DNA of 64,000 nucleotides from an uncultured Verrucomicrobiae bacterium (GTDB lineage Bacteria; Verrucomicrobiota; Verrucomicrobiia; Chthoniobacterales; UBA10450): NCBI GenBank assembly GCA_963786175.1, contig CAWAYD010000008.1, positions 89,871 to 153,870 of the forward strand, read 5' to 3'. Shown piece by piece: positions 58,899 to 64,000 of this stretch (position 1 is its first letter; each line of letters starts with the position of its first letter). The notes under the pieces were generated by a model. It saw only the letters and a program-made list of their open reading frames with translations, ran no database searches and was not told where the DNA came from. The position numbers and the translations under genes were made by a program.

Positions 58899-59336
58899 AT
58901 GGCTGATCCAATCGATCCTGTAGCGCCGCATCCTCCGCCGATTCCCCCGCCTAACGAACCAATGCCGCCGACTTCGACCGGGCTGCCGTCGAACGTCGCC
59001 GCTGCCCTGGCCTGTTTTCCGCTCATCGGCGGAATTATTTTTTATCTGCTCGAGAAGCGAGACAGTTTTGTTCGCTTCTACGCCATGCAGTCCATCATCT
59101 TTGGCGCGGCCTGGCTCTTGTTTAATATTCTCTCCGAAATCCTTCACGCGATCCTTTCGTCGATGCCGGCGATTGGGCACTTGCTGGCCGGTCTCTGGGC
59201 GCTTTTCTCTGCGCTGGTGCAGATTGTTTTCCTCATTGTGCTCATCATCGCGATCGTGAGAGCCTTCAGCGGCGTGCGCTGGGATATTCCATGGGTGGGA
59301 CCGATGGCCCGGAAGCAGACGAGTGAGCCGCTTTAG
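58899..59336 (+). CDS. DUF4870-like small membrane protein
   Basis: AAALACFPLIGGIIFYLLEKRDSFVRFYAMQSIIFGAAW.... This is the second member of the family in the window (the other is 36918..37292). Confidence 0.65.
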   Translation: MADPIDPVAPHPPPIPPPNEPMPPTSTGLPSNVAAALACFPLIGGIIFYLLEKRDSFVRFYAMQSIIFGAAWLLFNILSEILHAILSSMPAIGHLLAGLWALFSALVQIVFLIVLIIAIVRAFSGVRWDIPWVGPMARKQTSEPL

Positions 59337-59343
59337 GAACCGA

Positions 59344-60513
59344 CTAAGCGAGCAACTTTACGACAACCTGGTTGAGGATCATCTGATGATCGAGTTGGGT
59401 GGTGACGATTTGCACGTTGGCGGCAAGGCAGGCCTCAAGTCCCCTAACGAGTTGCTCAGTCTTGAAACGATGGGCCTGCATGGCGGCGACGCCTAACGAA
59501 TAGCTGTTGATCGAGCCGTCTTTCTTGCGCGGAAGATGAGCCGTCGCTTCCTCCGGTAGGCGATTCAAAGTCGAGATAAATGCATACGGGGCGCCCGGTT
59601 GCGTCAGGCGATGGCGCTGCATCAGGTCGCGGACGAGGAGAAGATTTCGCACCGTCGGGATGATGGCGACAAGAAGAATGCCGATGACCGATTCGCCCTG
59701 ATCGAGCAGACGCCTAACGAGAGCAAGAGCGCGCTCGAGATCGCGGGCCGCAAGCGCATTTCCCAACTCGAAGATGACGCCAGCACGCGAGATCGGCACG
59801 ATGGTGCGGACATCCTCCAGCGTGACGCGCCTCTCTTTTTTGCCGAGAAAAAGATCGAGCTTCTCCAGCTCATTCTTGATCGTGCGCGTGTCACCGCCGG
59901 TGAGCAGGACAAAAAGATCGAGCGCTTCCTCGTCGAAACGTAGCTGACGCTCTTTGCCTAACGAACGAACCAGCTCAGTCGCCTCTTCCTCCCAGCCGCC
60001 GCGGCTGGCATCGAGCTTGTCGAAGACTTGGAGCTCCGCTTGCTTCGCGAGTGCTTTGTAGAACGAGCGTCGCTTGTCGACCTCTGGCGCGCTGAGCAGA
60101 AATTTTACCTCGCCGACACCAAGGTCGCCTTGCAGGACGGTGCTCAGTTCTTCGAGCGCGTCCTGCACCCCGGCCGAGCTGCCGAGTTTGTTGTCGGCAA
60201 GAAAATTTGCGTTTTTTAACCAGACGAGTTTGCCCCCGCCAAAGAACGGCAAAGTTTGCAGCGCCTCGATCGTTGAGCGAATCCTTGCTGCTGCCTGCTC
60301 GGCGTTGTCGGCACAGCCGTCGATGATTTCGAGGCCGAAATCTCCCGCGTCGGCCGGCGTCAGACTGGCCGCCAATTCCGCGGCAGCGGTCTTCACCGCG
60401 CTCTCATCAGAGCCGACAACGGCATGAATCGGGGCGGGCGAAGCTTTGGCGGTTCTTGTTTTCACGCGTGACGGCGACACTGTTGCGTCGCGCATCCTGC
60501 CACGCCTCCTCAT
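59344..60513 (-). CDS. holA: DNA polymerase III subunit delta
   Basis: IHAVVGSDESAVKTAAAEL...LQTLPFFGGGKLVWLKN...FELGNALAARDLERALALVRRLL. An alternative ATG lies at 60495. Confidence 0.8.
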   Translation of the reverse strand: MRRRGRMRDATVSPSRVKTRTAKASPAPIHAVVGSDESAVKTAAAELAASLTPADAGDFGLEIIDGCADNAEQAAARIRSTIEALQTLPFFGGGKLVWLKNANFLADNKLGSSAGVQDALEELSTVLQGDLGVGEVKFLLSAPEVDKRRSFYKALAKQAELQVFDKLDASRGGWEEEATELVRSLGKERQLRFDEEALDLFVLLTGGDTRTIKNELEKLDLFLGKKERRVTLEDVRTIVPISRAGVIFELGNALAARDLERALALVRRLLDQGESVIGILLVAIIPTVRNLLLVRDLMQRHRLTQPGAPYAFISTLNRLPEEATAHLPRKKDGSINSYSLGVAAMQAHRFKTEQLVRGLEACLAANVQIVTTQLDHQMILNQVVVKLLA

Positions 60514-60526
60514 TCATTTCTGCAAA

Positions 60527-61462
60527 TTAGTTCGGTGTGACCGACGGTTTGGCGTTGAAGGTGACGTAAGGAACGAATTCCCCCTCAAGAGCCGCAATAT
60601 CGGAAAAGTGCGACCCATAATTGTAGGAGAGTGCAGTTCCAAAAGAATCTCCTCGGGCGAGCGCGTTGAGCAGACCAAGGAATGCGTCGTGATCGGTAGA
60701 AATAAGGAAACGCACCAACCGTTCCGACTCGCGATAGAAAAGGTGGACGGCTTTGCCTTCGGGATAACCGTTCATACCCGTCAGCTGGGCGAGCGGAATT
60801 ATTTGATCGCCGGGCAGGGACGGTGAGCGGGCATGAGCGTTGTAATTACGAGCTCGCTCATAGCTGGCGTGGGCAACGCGCGAGGTGTATTCCGCAAAGC
60901 CTTCGTTCAGCCAAAGCGGAATTGTGCGTTGATAGAATCGGTAGAGTACCAGGTGCACGATCTCGTGGCCTAACGAATTGCTGGCAAACTTGTATTCCGC
61001 ATTGCGTTGGATGAAGAGGCTGCCTCCCAAATGAATTCCGCCCGTCCACGGTTCGAGGTGGCCGGCCACTTGGAACCGTTTCCAATCCTCAGGTTTTTCG
61101 AAAATGTAGATGTGAGCTTTGGCCGGCGTACCGGGTGCCACCTCTTTGGCCAGCTCTTCGCTAATGACGCGAAAGTAAAACTCCGCTTCCACCGATATCG
61201 GTGTGGCGACGTAGCTGTGGACGGAGTGATAAACAAAATGCTCCGTCTCGGCGTGCTTCCATTCCCCGGGATGGAGCGCGAGGGCTTGCGCGCCAAGCGG
61301 GTTTCGATCGGGCGAGCTGAGCGCGGAAAAGGCGACCTCGGGCAGTGCGTTTAGACCCGGTGCGGGTTCATCCTCGCCGGGAAGCGCCGGGGCAAATGCA
61401 ACCATAATAACCGCAGCCGCACTCGAGATGATCCTTAGGCAGGAAGTGCGCTGATTCCACAT
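60527..61462 (-). CDS. secreted peptidase-MA-like (HExxH ... NEGFAEY) protein
   Basis: Signal-like IISSAAAVIMVAFAPA, then SLGHEIVHLVLYRF...PLWLNEGFAEYTS. Confidence 0.7.
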   Translation of the reverse strand: MWNQRTSCLRIISSAAAVIMVAFAPALPGEDEPAPGLNALPEVAFSALSSPDRNPLGAQALALHPGEWKHAETEHFVYHSVHSYVATPISVEAEFYFRVISEELAKEVAPGTPAKAHIYIFEKPEDWKRFQVAGHLEPWTGGIHLGGSLFIQRNAEYKFASNSLGHEIVHLVLYRFYQRTIPLWLNEGFAEYTSRVAHASYERARNYNAHARSPSLPGDQIIPLAQLTGMNGYPEGKAVHLFYRESERLVRFLISTDHDAFLGLLNALARGDSFGTALSYNYGSHFSDIAALEGEFVPYVTFNAKPSVTPN

Positions 61463-61477
61463 TGCCTAACGAATCCT

Positions 61478-62596
61478 TCAGGGAACGACTTTCACACCGG
61501 TCGGCGTTTTCGGACCGCTCGCCGCACTGAACAGCGTGCTGTGTGCGTAAGCGATTTCGTCTGGGAGATTGAGGACATCGACCTGGTAGATCTCCAGGTA
61601 GTTCATTTGATAGCCTGCACCGGTGCCGATGCTGTTGTGCAGGATCGTGGCGGCATCATCCGCCACTCCATTGTTCATGCGATAGGTGGTGTCGTTGTAG
61701 CAACTCCAGAGCATTTGTCCGGCGACATCCGGCCGGTTGTCCCAGATCACTTCAAAGACCGTATCGATGCCCGGCGCTGGCGGATTAAAGGCAGCGATGT
61801 TGTTCTTCTGCACAATCAAACGCCCGGGCCAGGTGGCACGCGCTGTGGCGATGGCGGCGTCGCCGGCGTAATTCGGATCTGGATCGAGCGTGCCGTCACC
61901 GGCGACGGCAAGAGTGACGGACTGGTTGGGAAAAGCCATCATCGTTGTGTCGATGATTTCCTTGCCTGCCTCGAGCAATTTATCCGTGGCGTAACCGACC
62001 TGCCGCCAGACTTCGACCTGCGATGGAGTGTGCGGGACGCTCCAATCTTCGCTCCGCGCATTGGCGAAACTGGTCCAGACAACAGCGACAGCGGGATTGT
62101 TGGTGAAATGCGCCCCGAGTGCCACGATCATCGCCTTCTTTTTCGCCAGAAAGGTCGGATCCCAATAGACCGGAATAGTGTTCTGGATGCCGTCGTCGTC
62201 CACGAAAGTGTAAAAAACGCCTCCCGCGGCGGTCACCGCGTCGGTCACCCAGAAAGGTTTGCCAGCCTGGGTATTGATGCGCAGAAGAACCTTTTTGCCT
62301 GCGGCCGCGATACGCGCCACTTCGGAATCGAGAAAGCTAAAGTCAAAGTTGCCTTCGCTCGGCTCGAGCTCCGCCCAATCCTGGCGAACACTCACGCCAT
62401 CGACGTTTGGATTACTCAAGACCGTATCCGCGCACGCGTGCCCCGCAGAGGTCAGGGAAAAAACCCCTTTCGGCACATCCGCCTTTGTCCGCTGACTGGT
62501 GAGCAGAAGACCGGCGCCAAAAATTGCCAGTAAGCCGATCAAACGCCCATTTGGAGCCCGAAAAAGGTGTGGACGGACGCGCAAATCCATGCTCAA
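61478..62596 (-). CDS. secreted glycoside-hydrolase-like (TIM-barrel type) protein
   Basis: Signal LIGLLAIFGAGLLL, then DGVSVRQDWAELEPSEGNFDFSFLDSEVARIAAAGKKVLLRI, as in GH42/GH5-like enzymes. The family assignment is tentative. Confidence 0.55.
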   Translation of the reverse strand: MSMDLRVRPHLFRAPNGRLIGLLAIFGAGLLLTSQRTKADVPKGVFSLTSAGHACADTVLSNPNVDGVSVRQDWAELEPSEGNFDFSFLDSEVARIAAAGKKVLLRINTQAGKPFWVTDAVTAAGGVFYTFVDDDGIQNTIPVYWDPTFLAKKKAMIVALGAHFTNNPAVAVVWTSFANARSEDWSVPHTPSQVEVWRQVGYATDKLLEAGKEIIDTTMMAFPNQSVTLAVAGDGTLDPDPNYAGDAAIATARATWPGRLIVQKNNIAAFNPPAPGIDTVFEVIWDNRPDVAGQMLWSCYNDTTYRMNNGVADDAATILHNSIGTGAGYQMNYLEIYQVDVLNLPDEIAYAHSTLFSAASGPKTPTGVKVVP

Positions 62597-62809
62597 TAGT
62601 CGAGCCGCTTCTGTGCCGCGGATCAGGGGAAAAGACTGGTCGCCATCTAAAGTCCGTCGGAAACGAAAAAAGGATTGACTGGAGCGACCTCTTCCAGCTA
62701 CTCTGCGGGGATCCGATCCTCAACAATGGCGATCCGAAGGTAGGGAGAGGGAAGTTCCCCAAAGGCTGATCTCCTCGAACTTACGATCCTGCGCCAAAGG
62801 ACTTATTCT

Positions 62810-64000
62810 ATGAAGGCATCCGTCTTCCCACGTACTCAAACTTTTTTCGCACTATTATTCTTTACGTTGACGGGCGCGGCCTTCGCTCAGCAATTCCAGG
62901 ATGTGTCGACCGAGGCCGGGTTCGTGCGCACGAGGAGTCGCGCCTGGGGAAATCCTATCTGGGGCGATATTAACAACGACGGCTATCTCGATCTCATCGT
63001 TCCGATTCATGAATTGGATCCCGAGAACGGAAACCCCAGCCCATTCGTCTATATCAACAAAAAGGACGGCACTTTTACCGACGCACGGGATACCGCCGGA
63101 CTGATCAAAGGTTTCCCGGATTCCATCGATTGGCAGGGATTTGCGATGGCCGATTACGATGGCGACGGGAACCTCGATCTCTACATCGCTGAGCCGCCAT
63201 TTCAGGGGGAAGGAGACTCAGGAATCAATATCTCCGATGTACCAAAACGCGACCTTCTTTATAAGGGCAACGGCGACGGTACGTTCAGTTACGCAAGTGA
63301 GACTGCCGGGATCGAAACCGGACGTAACTTCGGTGAGTGTGCTTTCTTTGTCGACTACGATAACGATGGTCTGGTCGATATCTTCGTGAAGAATATGTCC
63401 ACCGGCGACGAAGCGAGCGTCAATGTCCTTTATAAGAATAACGGCGACGGTACTTTCACCAAAGTGGCTGACGCGGCCGGCCTCGCAGAAGCAACCGAGG
63501 GTAACTCCGAAGGAACCCTGTGCTCCTTTGCCGACTACGACAATGATGGTTACATGGATGTGGTCTTTGCCGGGGGCGCCACCGCAGAAGCCCTTTATCA
63601 TAACGAAGGCGATGGCTCTTTCGTCGAAGTAACTAACCTTGCAGGCTTAAGTCCGCGTACCGATGCTGAAGGTCTGGCCTGGGGTGACTATGATAACGAC
63701 GGTTACCTCGATCTTTATGTCTCTCGAGGAAAACAAGTCGGGTCGGCGAATTACAACAACACCCTTTATCATAACCTGGGCAATGGAACGTTCGCCGATG
63801 TCACCCATGCCGCGGGGGTAAACGACGGCACAAATACCTGGGCAGCCGTTTGGGGTGACTATGATAACGACGGTTATCTTGATCTATTTGTCTGCCGGCC
63901 GGGGACGACCGCGCTCGGTCCGGGGAACGCCAATCTCCTTTATCATAACAATGGCGATGGCACGTTTACCGACCAAGCGGCTGAAGAAGGTGTCGCGATG
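62810..64000 (+). CDS. FG-GAP/VCBS repeat protein (ASPIC/UnbV-like), 3'-truncated by the window edge
   Basis: Hand translation from ATG at 62810: MKASVFPRTQTFFALLFFTLTGAAFA signal. Then at least 6 repeats of ...DYDNDGYLDL...LY[HK]N.GDGTF.DV.... The frame is open to position 64000 and is not in the ORF track. Confidence 0.85.
   Translation, partial: MKASVFPRTQTFFALLFFTLTGAAFAQQFQDVSTEAGFVRTRSRAWGNPIWGDINNDGYLDLIVPIHELDPENGNPSPFVYINKKDGTFTDARDTAGLIKGFPDSIDWQGFAMADYDGDGNLDLYIAEPPFQGEGDSGINISDVPKRDLLYKGNGDGTFSYASETAGIETGRNFGECAFFVDYDNDGLVDIFVKNMSTGDEASVNVLYKNNGDGTFTKVADAAGLAEATEGNSEGTLCSFADYDNDGYMDVVFAGGATAEALYHNEGDGSFVEVTNLAGLSPRTDAEGLAWGDYDNDGYLDLYVSRGKQVGSANYNNTLYHNLGNGTFADVTHAAGVNDGTNTWAAVWGDYDNDGYLDLFVCRPGTTALGPGNANLLYHNNGDGTFTDQAAEEGVAM

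Larger units (their letters stand above)
29287..61472. repeat. field of dispersed GCCTAACGA / TCGTTAGGC words (about 47 copies of the 8-mer core)
   Basis: 24 exact GCCTAACGA, 16 exact TCGTTAGGC, and 7 copies with only the 8-mer core, counted by eye. Positions are listed in the first finding. Confidence 0.9.

Noticed and set aside
29287-61472. The idea that the frequent TCGTTAGGC simply reflects a common Ser-Leu-Gly peptide or a shared protein domain.
   Set aside because: The word occurs in four different coding readings on both gene strands, at stop codons and in spacers. It also uses the rare TTA codon. A peptide-level explanation fails.
29287-61472. A Chi- or KOPS-like polar motif as the primary explanation for the abundant word.
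   Set aside because: Across 33-56 kb the two orientations are nearly equal (about 17 versus 15), unlike strongly skewed polar motifs. The right-end bias keeps it as a secondary option that needs genome-scale data.
1-64000. Searched for rRNA or tRNA genes, CRISPR repeats, integrases, transposases, phage genes and known defence-system genes.
   Set aside because: None recognised by eye in any frame. The island hypothesis therefore rests on composition and content only.

Overview
The window looks like a chromosomal segment of a GC-rich, Gram-negative bacterium. The protein families suggest a PVC/Verrucomicrobia-like soil organism, but that is a low-confidence inference. I found no rRNA or tRNA gene, no CRISPR array, and no transposase or integrase.

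The window divides into three blocks:
- **Left block (1 to about 29.2 kb), accessory-looking.** It carries small stress genes (VOC, OsmC, DksA/TraR-like) and secreted proteins. It also holds a tightly packed minus-strand operon: TpsB, a DUF2341/LamG-ExbB fusion, ExbD, TonB, an outer-membrane barrel, a coiled-coil protein, and a roughly 3,740-aa filamentous-haemagglutinin-type TpsA. The TpsA gene is split by a one-base frameshift. An OmpR-type response regulator is transcribed divergently from this operon.
- **Central block (about 29.3 to 61.5 kb), housekeeping.** Genes include rpmE, prfA, prmC, murA, an ABC exporter, MOSC-mobA-fdhD, lipB, ruvC, yjbQ, a YmdB-like gene, an amidase, aroB and holA.
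- **Right block (61.5 to 64 kb).** It encodes a glycoside-hydrolase-like protein and a truncated FG-GAP/VCBS repeat protein.

The strongest signal is at the DNA level. The non-palindromic word GCCTAACGA/TCGTTAGGC occurs about 47 times (8-mer core) between 29.3 and 61.5 kb. It appears in both orientations, in every stop-free reading frame and in spacers. The left 29 kb has one copy and the last 2.5 kb has none. This resembles a DNA-uptake-sequence distribution that marks core DNA against acquired DNA.

All counts were made by eye and may be off by a few.
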